DNA from: Escherichia coli
GTDB taxonomy: Bacteria; Pseudomonadota; Gammaproteobacteria; Enterobacterales; Enterobacteriaceae
Assembly (NCBI GenBank): GCA_022969815.1
Contig: GCA_022969815.1_4535.1
Reading direction: 5' to 3' (one strand)
Length of the DNA: 64,000 nucleotides
Position 1 is the first letter of the stretch. Every line of letters starts with the position of its first letter. The notes beneath the pieces were generated by a model. The model did no database searches. It was not told the origin of the DNA and saw only the letters and a list, made by a program, of their open reading frames with translations. The translations under genes and the position numbers were made by a program. Of this stretch, positions 53,446-62,230 are shown in pieces.

Positions 53446-53708
53446 TGGATACGGACAGCATTGAGATGAGAACCATCTTCCTTATACTCTCTCGCGTAAT
53501 CATCCCAATCTTTATTGAACGGGAGTTCTGGGTCCAACCCCGCAGCTTCGAACTGCTTTGACATTTCATATAGCAAATCATCATCACAATAACCGAAGAA
53601 ATAGAGATTAGTGCATAAACCCCACTCACGGCGGAAAGGATTGCCGTCTGGTGCTCCCGCGTCCACCCAATCTGCGTAAGCTTGATAGAACTCTCGTAAT
53701 GTTTTCAT
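53421..53708 (-). CDS. member of 10-copy paralogous small-protein family
   Basis: FYQAYADWVDAGAPDGNPF ... GLCTNL ... LPFN ... HLNAVRIQWARDHL. Confidence 0.55.
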   Translation of the reverse strand: MKTLREFYQAYADWVDAGAPDGNPFRREWGLCTNLYFFGYCDDDLLYEMSKQFEAAGLDPELPFNKDWDDYAREYKEDGSHLNAVRIQWARDHLK

Positions 53709-54061
53709 CGTTTAATGTTCTCCATCAAAAATTTGATAGCCTCTGCCTGGTCTTGACGGTGATCCAGATATTCTTTATCCCAATTTATATTGTAACCACC
53801 CTGAATACAAGGGTGAATGACCCCACGAATCAGATCGTAGTTATCAATCAGACGGATAACCTTAATATCATCGATCAGAATCCTCCAACCTGGCGGCAAA
53901 TCTACAGGAACGCCGAGAAACAATGGCAGATCCTTAGTAGGCTCCTGATAAAGAGCAATCAGGTCTTCCAGGGTTTCAATTAAAAGCTGTGCAGTGACCG
54001 ATGGATTTGAGAGACTCATGTAAGCATCACGTAGGTTTTCGTAGTAAGCTAATGTTTTCAT
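53705..54061 (-). CDS. hypothetical protein; start at internal ATG with AAAGGAGAAAA SD
   Basis: ORF track start 54097 would overlap upstream paralog. Confidence 0.5.
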   Translation of the reverse strand: MKTLAYYENLRDAYMSLSNPSVTAQLLIETLEDLIALYQEPTKDLPLFLGVPVDLPPGWRILIDDIKVIRLIDNYDLIRGVIHPCIQGGYNINWDKEYLDHRQDQAEAIKFLMENIKR

Positions 54062-54369
54062 TGGTTTTCTCCTTTTTCTAAGTGGTTTCTTACCCAAGCA
54101 ATACGATTAGGGTCAAGGTGCATGTTGTTTTGGTCCAAACATAAATCAAAAGCTTCTTCCCCGAAAGGATAGGCAGCAGAGAGTCCCGCATCTTCAAACT
54201 GATCGGCAAGTTGACGCTCTAAGCGAGTAAGTATCAAGATATTGTCAGCGCCAGTGTAATATCGAAGATTGCTACACAGCCCTACACCACGGGAGAAAGG
54301 TCGGTAAGGCGGAGCGCCATTATCTAACCAATCTGCGTATGCCTTGTAATACCCTTCTAATGTTTTCAT
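54058..54369 (-). CDS. member of 10-copy paralogous small-protein family
   Basis: YYKAYADWLDNGAPPYRPF ... GLCSNL ... YPF ... HLDPNRIAWVRNHL; ATG with AAGGGG SD. Confidence 0.55.
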   Translation of the reverse strand: MKTLEGYYKAYADWLDNGAPPYRPFSRGVGLCSNLRYYTGADNILILTRLERQLADQFEDAGLSAAYPFGEEAFDLCLDQNNMHLDPNRIAWVRNHLEKGENQ

Positions 54370-54524
54370 AACCACCCCTTATCTTGATAACCTTTAGAAA
54401 ACCCTTCTTCCCACTCTTGAAACTTTTCAGGATGTTTATTGGGATCGTAAGGATTGTGGCGGCAAAACATACCGAATTTATAACCCTGTGCGTAGCCTTT
54501 ATCGAATGCGTTCTTACTCTCCAT
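54366..54524 (-). CDS. possible small protein (52 aa), not in ORF track
   Basis: ATG with AAGAGGAGAG SD; stop overlaps downstream ATG. Confidence 0.4.
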   Translation of the reverse strand: MESKNAFDKGYAQGYKFGMFCRHNPYDPNKHPEKFQEWEEGFSKGYQDKGWL

Positions 54525-54536
54525 TGTTCTCTCCTC

Positions 54537-54809
54537 TTATTCAACGTTCCAGAAAACACCACGTTTGTCTGTAATGTCTATATGATACTCCTCCCACATC
54601 TTAGTTACAAGAGGTCTTTCCACATAACCATGAAAATAAACTTCAGAATGCACCCCGTAAGCTGTGTAATTGTCAACAGTCCCTTCTACCTTGAAGATCA
54701 CCATGTCCCCACCTAAAAATCTTTCAAAGACCAAGGTGAAACAGTCGAACTTAACAACGTCTCCCTCGGAGAGGGAGATATCTTTCACCTTACAGAAATG
54801 TCCGATCAT
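54537..54809 (-). CDS. hypothetical protein (90 aa)
   Basis: ORF with AAGGAGAGAA SD. Confidence 0.5.
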   Translation of the reverse strand: MIGHFCKVKDISLSEGDVVKFDCFTLVFERFLGGDMVIFKVEGTVDNYTAYGVHSEVYFHGYVERPLVTKMWEEYHIDITDKRGVFWNVE

Positions 54810-54818
54810 TTTCTCTCC

Positions 54819-55010
54819 TTAATACACATCACCTACAAACCAGATTTCTGGATCGCCATACTGATCCTTCTCGTAAGATTTGTAGACACTACAGCAATAT
54901 TTCAAAACACCGTCCACAAGGATTGTTGATCTTTCTTCTGGAATCTCTGTGATCTCCCCTTTACGGGTTTCGAAGATGGTATCACCCTTTTCAATCAGTC
55001 GGATTTTCAT
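54819..55010 (-). CDS. hypothetical protein (63 aa)
   Basis: ORF with GAAGGAGG SD. Confidence 0.45.
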   Translation of the reverse strand: MKIRLIEKGDTIFETRKGEITEIPEERSTILVDGVLKYCCSVYKSYEKDQYGDPEIWFVGDVY

Positions 55011-55011
55011 A

Positions 55012-55209
55012 TCATACCTCCTTCAATGCGATCAGTGCGTTAATCAGATTATCAACACCTTGATCATCCAGTGCAATAACATCAAAGTTAAACCCTGTAT
55101 CAGTTGGTACTTTACGTGTTATGGTGTAATAGTCCCCTTGATGACGTTCAACATATGCGTATGGGTAACTGGTGTTCGGATCATGTTTTACGCGAATAGA
55201 TGTTTTCAT
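55012..55209 (-). CDS. hypothetical protein (65 aa)
   Basis: ORF with AAAGAGGAG SD. Confidence 0.45.
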   Translation of the reverse strand: MKTSIRVKHDPNTSYPYAYVERHQGDYYTITRKVPTDTGFNFDVIALDDQGVDNLINALIALKEV

Positions 55210-55679
55210 GTTTTGTTCTCCTCTTTAGTTGCAACACGGAACTTATTAGCTTCTCTCACCTGGAACATGAAGTCTTTCTTCTTCATAATCCCGATGGACA
55301 TTTCATCCAGTTCTTCTGGATGGATCTGGAGATTACGGCGATCGGACAGGAACCAAGATTTCTCCCACCAGAAGCGTTGATCCTCCTCCTTGTGGTGTTT
55401 GTACTCCTCTTTTTCTTTTTCTGTGAGGATCTTGAAGCGATTCTTTCCTTCCCAACGCATTGCTGTGTTAAAAGGAATACCGTTATCCCCATTATACACT
55501 GCGGAAGTAGGAAGGCAATAGCCAGTTTCTGCGTCGATCATTTGGTAATGGAACTCACATTCCAGTTCAACGTATTCTAAATCACCATAAAAATCACTGA
55601 TCAAGAAAGCAATGTAAGTTTCACCATGTTCGGGAACAAATTCTTGCTTTGTCAACATCTCCAACTTTAAACCTGCCAT
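55206..55679 (-). CDS. hypothetical protein (157 aa)
   Basis: ORF with AAGGAGAAAG SD. Confidence 0.55.
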   Translation of the reverse strand: MAGLKLEMLTKQEFVPEHGETYIAFLISDFYGDLEYVELECEFHYQMIDAETGYCLPTSAVYNGDNGIPFNTAMRWEGKNRFKILTEKEKEEYKHHKEEDQRFWWEKSWFLSDRRNLQIHPEELDEMSIGIMKKKDFMFQVREANKFRVATKEENKT

Positions 55680-55691
55680 TGCTTTCTCCTT

Positions 55692-55943
55692 TTAGTCGAA
55701 CCAGTTATATTCAGAAGGGTAACGAGTATAGTTTGGTTTATACCCCAGCCTTTTCATCTTAACAGCCATACGAGTGAAGCCAAAAGTTTTTTTACCTTTA
55801 GACATAAACTTCTTCCCACTCTTCATTGGCTTCTTAGGATCTTTGATCGTCTGGTTTAACGCTCGCGCAAGCCACAAAGTGTATGCGCTCGGCACTTGAT
55901 TAACTTTCATCTTGTTACCTTTCATTATTTCACCTCCGACCAA
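55692..55943 (-). CDS. hypothetical basic protein (83 aa)
   Basis: ORF overlapping upstream gene end. Confidence 0.45.
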   Translation of the reverse strand: MVGGEIMKGNKMKVNQVPSAYTLWLARALNQTIKDPKKPMKSGKKFMSKGKKTFGFTRMAVKMKRLGYKPNYTRYPSEYNWFD

Positions 55944-56224
55944 TCAACAGTGATCCACTCGTATGCCCCGTTCGCGTCCTTTTCTTTATAAACAACAAGG
56001 CCACGCTCACGGAGGATTTCCACTGCTTCATCCATCCACTTCACCTGATTGTGGATCTGCTCTGGGTGGGTGGGAGAATTATTCAGACCAAAATCGGATG
56101 GCGTGAAATTTCTTGAAGAGTTTCCTGCCCGTGCTTCAGCGAAACATGTCTCAATCACCTCTTCAATAGGGAATTGGAAGGAAGCCTCTTTTGCAATACG
56201 GCGCAGTTGATCAGTCAAATTCAT
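55925..56224 (-). CDS. hypothetical protein (99 aa)
   Basis: ORF with GAGAGGAGAA SD just downstream of promoter. Confidence 0.5.
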   Translation of the reverse strand: MNLTDQLRRIAKEASFQFPIEEVIETCFAEARAGNSSRNFTPSDFGLNNSPTHPEQIHNQVKWMDEAVEILRERGLVVYKEKDANGAYEWITVDWSEVK

Positions 56225-56255
56225 TTCATTTCTCCTCTCATTTGTGTATGCAATG

Positions 56256-56284
56256 ATTATCTACCAACGTGATCCCTATGTCAA
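56256..56284 (-). promoter_or_regulatory. sigma70-like promoter (minus strand) with GGATC in spacer
   Basis: minus strand TTGACA-tagGGATCacgttggta-GATAAT. Confidence 0.5.
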
Positions 56285-56289
56285 GCTAT

Positions 56290-56802
56290 TTATTCAAAAT
56301 AAACTTTAACTTGTGCCGTGCTGTAGCGATTGTAAATCTCGACCACGGCTTTAGCGTTATCTTCTTTATAGGATTGTGCCAGATCTTCCGCATCTCGGAT
56401 ATTTCCGGCAACGCCCACAAGAACAAGATCCACCATTACAAGATATTTTTTATCTTCTGGACTCTCTTGAGAAGGCTCTTGTACTGGCTCTTCCTTTGGT
56501 TCTGGTGGCAAACCAACCTCTGCCTCAACATAAGAGTCAAACCAAGTGATATCGTTAAAATGCTTTAACTCATGTTTGGACAGCAGCATACCACAATCAA
56601 CGAAAGCACCTGCATTAGCTTCAAAGACATGCCCTTCAAATGTTTGGAACTTAACCACATCCCCTTTTTCTGTTGTCTCCAACACCAGGAAGTGTTTTGG
56701 ACCCAGCAGATCTGAAATCTTTCGGTTCAGATTGACAGCTTCACGGAACGCATTGTACTCTTTTGTATTTTTGAATTTATAGGAATGCCCTTGAATAAAC
56801 AT
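56290..56802 (-). CDS. hypothetical protein; tandem paralog of 56815..57333
   Basis: shared N-terminal MF.xG..Y.F and C-terminal VD.V.V ... VEIY ... ST pattern. Confidence 0.55.
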   Translation of the reverse strand: MFIQGHSYKFKNTKEYNAFREAVNLNRKISDLLGPKHFLVLETTEKGDVVKFQTFEGHVFEANAGAFVDCGMLLSKHELKHFNDITWFDSYVEAEVGLPPEPKEEPVQEPSQESPEDKKYLVMVDLVLVGVAGNIRDAEDLAQSYKEDNAKAVVEIYNRYSTAQVKVYFE

Positions 56803-56814
56803 AATAGTCTCCTC

Positions 56815-57333
56815 TTAGTCAAATATCACATTACTTACGAGTTTCGCTGTGCTACGCAGAGTATAAATCTCCACAAGCTTCCCTGGACTCTCTTTCTTCG
56901 CTTTCGTGGCTCTTTCTTGTGCCTCTGAAAAAGATGATACAGTATGCACTACTACGTAGTCAACAATAACTGCAAACTTTTTAGGCACAATATCTGCATC
57001 AGGGCGATCGTCGTGCGCGGAAACATCCTTACCTGGCTGCGGTGCCAGCGGCGGCAAGCCTACCATTAACAACGGACCTCCGTCAAAGAAATATCCGATC
57101 TCATCATGTCCAATAAGGAAGCGATCCATTTGAGCATCACCTACTCCTTGATCCCAAAACAGCTTCTTATCTTCTACGAAGATGATAAGAGATAGGACAT
57201 TCCCGTAAGCGTCTGTTTTGACTACTTCAAACCAAAACTCTCCGATCGCTTCAGCCAACTTTTTAGAAATTGATTGAAACAACTCTTGGTAAGTGCCTTG
57301 TCTGAAACGATAGATATTACCTGGTTTAAACAT
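56815..57333 (-). CDS. hypothetical protein; tandem paralog of 56290..56802
   Basis: see paralog pattern; AAGAGGAGA SD. Confidence 0.55.
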   Translation of the reverse strand: MFKPGNIYRFRQGTYQELFQSISKKLAEAIGEFWFEVVKTDAYGNVLSLIIFVEDKKLFWDQGVGDAQMDRFLIGHDEIGYFFDGGPLLMVGLPPLAPQPGKDVSAHDDRPDADIVPKKFAVIVDYVVVHTVSSFSEAQERATKAKKESPGKLVEIYTLRSTAKLVSNVIFD

Positions 57334-57355
57334 TAGTGTCTCCTCTTATGTTAAA

Positions 57356-57814
57356 TTATTGTTCTACTTCACGCAACCACGCTAAAGCCTCTTCTGGAGA
57401 TTTATCGAAGTCGTTGAGCAGTTCCTGCTCCAACTCCTCTTTCATTTCATTTAGCACTTGTAGTTGACGTGCCTTTTTCCACAAGGCTACACGATAATCA
57501 ACACCTTGTGGTGCTTCTTCTGCCACTTTTACATTACCTGTCGGGCAGCGAGGAAGATAGTCTTCAATATCTTCCAAGGCACGGCGATAATTGGGGTCCA
57601 TGTAGTTCACACGAACACGATTACATTCTAACAAAGTGGCACGGAACACTTCATAACGTGTTTCGGATAGAATGTGTTTCACACAGACAGCACCAGTATC
57701 TTCTGAAATTACACTATACACTTCCAGTAGGCTGGAGTTTCTCTTGACATAATCTGTAACACATTGCACATATGCTCCCAATATTGTGGAAGCTCTCACT
57801 GGTTTTTCGCTCAT
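57356..57814 (-). CDS. hypothetical protein (152 aa)
   Basis: ORF with GGGGAGGTAG SD. Confidence 0.55.
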   Translation of the reverse strand: MSEKPVRASTILGAYVQCVTDYVKRNSSLLEVYSVISEDTGAVCVKHILSETRYEVFRATLLECNRVRVNYMDPNYRRALEDIEDYLPRCPTGNVKVAEEAPQGVDYRVALWKKARQLQVLNEMKEELEQELLNDFDKSPEEALAWLREVEQ

Positions 57815-58050
57815 TTTCTACCTCCCCATAATGCCACCATTTTATTAAAGATGGAAGCGCGTCGTGCGCGAGATGCTAACATACGATTGGCTTCTTCGTA
57901 GCCATCGAACAAACGATCTGTCAATACCAACGCCAGTGTCTTCTCTTGCAGAGACTGGCAATTATGTTCAGGACGACAGTCGTGCCCTGCATCGAAGTAC
58001 AGATTGTTCAGATAATTGTTTGCTCTCTCATTCTGCTTTGCAGTGATCAT
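57811..58050 (-). CDS. hypothetical protein (79 aa)
   Basis: ORF with AAGGAAGAG SD. Confidence 0.5.
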   Translation of the reverse strand: MITAKQNERANNYLNNLYFDAGHDCRPEHNCQSLQEKTLALVLTDRLFDGYEEANRMLASRARRASIFNKMVALWGGRK

Positions 58051-58059
58051 ATCTCTTCC

Positions 58060-58290
58060 TTAGTGAACAATTTCATATTCATGAGGAAGGAAAACATAAT
58101 CTTCCCCTTCACCTGCATCTTCTTCATCCCAGAAGAAACCTGGTATCTCAATCATCTTCGAAAAGCGCACATGCGCCAACCCACTATACCCTATCTGTGC
58201 ATTCAGCACAACGGGTAACTCTGCACCAGTCAGACCTACATACCCGCAAGCGGTTTCAATACGAATTTTCATACGTTTCATGTTATGCAT
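58060..58290 (-). CDS. hypothetical protein (76 aa)
   Basis: ORF, coupled to neighbours. Confidence 0.5.
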   Translation of the reverse strand: MHNMKRMKIRIETACGYVGLTGAELPVVLNAQIGYSGLAHVRFSKMIEIPGFFWDEEDAGEGEDYVFLPHEYEIVH

Positions 58291-58492
58291 CTTTCATACT
58301 CTCCATGAAGTGACGAGCAACAGGGTTCCCGTAGAAATATTCATTGATGAAATCGATCACACACGTTTCACTGCCTGTCACAACGGACGGTGCGAAGTTT
58401 CGGAACTGCACGAGTACACGACTTGCGTTAGCAAGGGTGTGCACACGATCAGTGTTAGCTAAATACAAGGATACAGTTTTCATATTTGACAT
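58283..58492 (-). CDS. hypothetical protein (69 aa)
   Basis: ORF with GAGGAGATTG SD. Confidence 0.5.
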   Translation of the reverse strand: MSNMKTVSLYLANTDRVHTLANASRVLVQFRNFAPSVVTGSETCVIDFINEYFYGNPVARHFMESMKDA

Positions 58493-58551
58493 TTCAATCT
58501 CCTCATTGGCTATCTGTTATGCGCGGTATGCAAACCACTATACAGACATTT

Positions 58552-58905
58552 TTATTCAATGCAAGCATTATTTACATCTTCGATGCGATCTTTCACCCAC
58601 TGAATACGGCGTGCGTTTTCATGACTCTTATTAGCGTCACACTCTAATGCATAATCCCCATAACCGTAGTTGAACGGAAAGTTGTAGTCCAGTTTTGCAC
58701 ATTCAAACTGTTTCCTCATTTCATATTTCAGACTGTTCAACATGTTGGCACGCCATCTTTCAGTTGAAGCACTGTAACTCCCCACATACGCTTCCAGACA
58801 ATTACACAGTCCATTCGTCGTGCGATCCATTTCAGGATGGTTTGCCATCCATGCTTTGTAGAAACGAAGCAATGTTGCACTGCTCAACGGAATGTTACTT
58901 TTCAT
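58552..58905 (-). CDS. member of 10-copy paralogous small-protein family
   Basis: LLRFYKAWMANHPE ... GLCNCL ... FPFN ... HENARRIQWVKDRI; ATG with GAAGGAGG SD. Confidence 0.55.
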   Translation of the reverse strand: MKSNIPLSSATLLRFYKAWMANHPEMDRTTNGLCNCLEAYVGSYSASTERWRANMLNSLKYEMRKQFECAKLDYNFPFNYGYGDYALECDANKSHENARRIQWVKDRIEDVNNACIE

Positions 58906-59260
58906 TATTACCTCCTTCACAATCCTGGATACGATCTTCTACCCATTGCACACGCAGTTTGTTGATATGACATTTTCTGTTTTCACATTCTTCCTCGTAG
59001 TCGAAGAAGTTAGTATTGAAAGGTGTGCTTTTAGACAACCCTGCATAGATAAACTGTATCATCATTTCATCACCTAAAGCTTCACGCATCTCCCAGAACA
59101 TATCCACATCTGCACCATGCTTCGGATACAATACTTCCCATGCAAAATTGCCTAAACATACGCACAAGCCATTCGCTGTGTTCGCCAACTCACTACGGTT
59201 AGCCATCCAATTCTTATAGAACAGCAGAAGAGTATCACTACTCAAGGGAATATTTTTCAT
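58895..59260 (-). CDS. member of 10-copy paralogous small-protein family
   Basis: LLLFYKNWMANRSE ... GLCVCL ... TPFN ... HINKLRVQWVEDRI. Confidence 0.55.
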   Translation of the reverse strand: MKNIPLSSDTLLLFYKNWMANRSELANTANGLCVCLGNFAWEVLYPKHGADVDMFWEMREALGDEMMIQFIYAGLSKSTPFNTNFFDYEEECENRKCHINKLRVQWVEDRIQDCEGGNNEK

Positions 59261-59261
59261 A

Positions 59262-59642
59262 TCAGGCTCCTTTACGATTATGCAAACAATCTTTCACTCG
59301 TTCTTGCACCCACTCTACACGAAGCTTGTTTTCATGCGCTCTGCTGTGGTTATGCTCTCGCACATATTCTTCGTAGTTCACATTAAAGGGAACACTGACA
59401 GACAATCCTGCACAACGGAATTGTTTCTTCATTTCTTTTAATGTTGCATCACTTATGGCACAAAGCTGTTTTGCCTGTTCCTCGCTGAAATTACTGTCCC
59501 ACATCTCATCCCAGATAAAGGTATCCAAGCATACACATAACCCATGCCTTGTGCGCTCTTTGGTATGATGATCAGCAAGCCAACTTTCATAGAAGGCTAA
59601 CAACACTGGACTACTCAACGGAACATTTTTACTCTCTTGCAT
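59262..59642 (-). CDS. member of 10-copy paralogous small-protein family
   Basis: LLAFYESWLADHH ... GLCVCL ... VPFN ... HENKLRVEWVQERV; ATG with AGAGAGGAGA SD. Confidence 0.55.
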   Translation of the reverse strand: MQESKNVPLSSPVLLAFYESWLADHHTKERTRHGLCVCLDTFIWDEMWDSNFSEEQAKQLCAISDATLKEMKKQFRCAGLSVSVPFNVNYEEYVREHNHSRAHENKLRVEWVQERVKDCLHNRKGA

Positions 59643-60488
59643 GATAATCTCCTCTCTTGGTTTCATGACAAACATCGTAACTCTCAACGAGGAACATCAT
59701 ACGATCAATCCTCGGCAATTACAATTCATTTATCATTGGTATTCCCTATCAATTATTCCATATATACCTGTTATTTTTGACACCCCTTTTGGTCAAATAT
59801 TAATCGGCAAAATATCTACGGGACGGTTCTTTGAACCTCCCCTCTGTTCCTGCGATTTATCGGCAAGAATATCATCGGCAAAGAGATGGAAAAGCCTTTG
59901 GTAGCAAGGATTTATGGCGAGTACGTCAGGACTGCTGAACGCGAATTTTCCGGCCCCTCCACTTCTGCGCGCCGGAATCCTCAAATATCAATGAGAATAA
60001 TTATCATTATCATTCGCATTCAATAACTTAGGCGATCTTTTCCCCTGCAATAAGGTTGGGCCTAACTTAACCATCACTTTTCAAACAATCCTTTATAAAT
60101 TAACTACTTAACAACCTAAACATATGATTACTACGGTGTAAAGGTGCCGCCCATAACAGACCGCCTATAAAATAAATGAGAATGATTATTATTCAGACAA
60201 TTCTTACAACAAATCGACCAATAAATCAAGATTTTTCTGATTTTATTTACGTTTAAGAGAACGTGCTCAACATATCCGCCATAGGCGGCTATCTTTCCCC
60301 GCAAACATTAAGCCTTTATCTTTCATCTTCCTGTATATCTGTACAGTGTGCAAGGTATCGCTACACGCTCGCCTTGCCCCCCGCATAATCCTTGACCGTG
60401 CTAATGATGATCACACTGAACGATAGTGATAACTCATGTAATAATTACATTGATTATTATATTACGCTTAACTATTCTTACATACAAT

Positions 60489-60615
60489 GCTAATAATAAG
60501 CCAGCGTAATTAGTGTAAGCGTAATACGCTTGCAATAATTGCAAGCTACATAATCACAAGAAATAACTATCACCGATAGTTATGATTGTGGGGGTGTAGT
60601 TGGCTTATTATTAGC
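60489..60615. repeat. inverted-repeat element: perfect 15-bp inverted repeats (GCTAATAATAAGCCA / TGGCTTATTATTAGC) flanking about 97 bp with two internal palindromes
   Basis: internal palindromes GCTTGCAAT-a-ATTGCAAGC and ATAACTATC-acc-GATAGTTAT; 14-bp direct repeat CGTGCTAATGATGA lies outside each end. Confidence 0.6.
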
Positions 60616-60659
60616 TCGCTACGTGTCCGGCGTAGCGTGCTAATGATGAGGCTTGGAAT

Positions 60660-61060
60660 GATTCATTTTGCAATTATTACAGTCTTCACTATTTCGGCAA
60701 TAGGCACTATTTTACTAATAGTTGTTATTTTAATGGTTTCATTTGTTATCGTTAGTTAGTTGGTTGTTTTGTAGTGTTATCGTTATCTTGCTTAGTATTC
60801 ATCATGGTTTGATTGTTTGTCGTTATCAATCATCTTTCTATTATTCCTTTGATTATGATTAGTTTGCTTATTGTTTTAGGTTGTTGGTGGATTAGTTGTT
60901 GCGAACTATTATCAACATTATAGTTATGCACTTATATTGCATAGATACGCAAGGATAGATGATAATGGTTATCATTGCACTGGAAAGGAGGAAAACAGCC
61001 TTTTTCGGTTGTTTGTTGTTGGTTGTTGATCGATTTTAACCGCTCTAAATAGCTCTCTAA
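60660..61060. repeat. strand-skewed T/G-rich iteron-like region (C-poor on plus strand)
   Basis: recurring GTTATCGTTA, GGTTGTT, TTATCAACA (DnaA-box-like) words; no ORF of 60 aa or more on the minus strand. Confidence 0.5.
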
Positions 61061-61182
61061 CAGCCTGTTGCCCTGGGAGGTATGGTTATTCGTTTGCTGG
61101 TTGATTAGCTCGATACCGCGATTTATTCATTTTTGTTCTGTGTCGGTTTTTCATAGGCGGAAGCTATCAACATTGTTCGGGC

Positions 61183-61220
61183 AAAAAGAAAGGGCGCTTG
61201 GTGCGCCCCTTGTTTTGTTG
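61183..61220. terminator. bidirectional intrinsic terminator
   Basis: GGGCGC-ttggt-GCGCCC hairpin with AAAAAGAAA upstream and CTTGTTTTGTTG downstream. Confidence 0.6.
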
Positions 61221-61224
61221 TCAA

Positions 61225-61644
61225 TTATAACGCTTCATATATTGAGTAGATCCGGTTTGCCAGGTCATTACGAAAGCGGAATTTTTCATCACGTTTAATC
61301 ATCAGATCCTTAAAACCGCATTCTTTCAATGCTTCGTTAACTTTACTGCGGCATACTTTCATATTGTCCTGCGCGTCACCAATAAACTTATTGCTATGAT
61401 GCATTGCTTTGATCTCTTCCTCCAGGACCAGGGCAACTACACGGATCGGATCAAGCTGATACGCGGTAACATCCATGCGGCATTGTAAACGGCTTTTAAC
61501 GTCTGCCACCGGATATACTGCAACCTCTTCCCCGTCAACGTTCACGATAACCAGTTTACCATCAATTTCGAAGCCTTTCGCGGCGCTACCGTGGCAAAAA
61601 GCGTTATCGAAGGAGTAAGCCGGATTATTTGATTTAATGTTCAT
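61225..61644 (-). CDS. hypothetical protein (139 aa)
   Basis: ORF with AAAGGACAAC SD-like, own promoter and terminator. Confidence 0.5.
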   Translation of the reverse strand: MNIKSNNPAYSFDNAFCHGSAAKGFEIDGKLVIVNVDGEEVAVYPVADVKSRLQCRMDVTAYQLDPIRVVALVLEEEIKAMHHSNKFIGDAQDNMKVCRSKVNEALKECGFKDLMIKRDEKFRFRNDLANRIYSIYEAL

Positions 61645-61689
61645 GTTGTTGTCCTTTGTTTCGTTTCGTTGTTTGCTGCCAGTGAGTTA

Positions 61690-61718
61690 AATATAATATA
61701 ACGCCGATCCCCTGTCAA
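61690..61718 (-). promoter_or_regulatory. sigma70-like promoter (minus strand) with GGATC in spacer
   Basis: minus strand TTGACA-ggGGATCggcgttatat-TATATT. Confidence 0.5.
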
Positions 61719-61750
61719 TAGGGGATAGCGCATTATTTACATTTCTTTAC

Positions 61751-61777
61751 GTTAAAGGGCGCTTAGTGCGCCCTTGT
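61751..61777 (-). terminator. terminator-like hairpin (near copy of 61183..61220)
   Basis: GGGCGC-ttagt-GCGCCC; T-run weaker. Confidence 0.45.
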
Positions 61778-61783
61778 ACAATC

Positions 61784-62152
61784 TTACTTTGTGCGGTTGT
61801 AAACGTTATCGCGTTCAACCATCAAAGCAAGGCGGATCAGTTGATCAGTTGTATCGCGTAAGCTGTCAGGCCATGTTTTATTGTTCCAGCTATCTAAATT
61901 TGATTGAATATAGGTTTCAATGGCTTGATCCATATTGTCGAACAAGTTTGCCTCCAGGCTCTCGGCTGTTTCACACTGGAAAGCATCAGCGACACTATTA
62001 ATCAATAAGCAAGCCAGTAAATCAGCGTTGCGCCAATTTTTACGGATAGTTTCATCTTTCAGATAACCAACGAGATCAACCTTTGCGCCAGTGGTGGACG
62101 TTGCGATCACTTCTTGCGCTTTTTCAACTGCTTTAATTGCTGATTTGCTCAT
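61784..62152 (-). CDS. hypothetical protein (122 aa)
   Basis: ORF with AGAGGAAAG SD. Confidence 0.5.
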   Translation of the reverse strand: MSKSAIKAVEKAQEVIATSTTGAKVDLVGYLKDETIRKNWRNADLLACLLINSVADAFQCETAESLEANLFDNMDQAIETYIQSNLDSWNNKTWPDSLRDTTDQLIRLALMVERDNVYNRTK

Positions 62153-62230
62153 TTTACTTTCCTCTTTGTGGGCTTGCTGTATTGCTCGCCCTACGCAATA
62201 ACTATAAGTTAACAGGGTATATAAAGCAAG

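Noticed and set aside
60660-61060. Possible CRISPR array suggested by the repetitive T/G-rich tract
   Set aside because: Repeats are short, irregular in length and spacing, and not separated by unique spacers of uniform size; no cas genes nearby.
61068-61298. Plus-strand ORF (76 aa) in the last region
   Set aside because: Runs straight through the GGGCGC...GCGCCC terminator hairpin and overlaps the 3' end of the minus-strand gene 61225..61644; TTG start without a ribosome-binding site.
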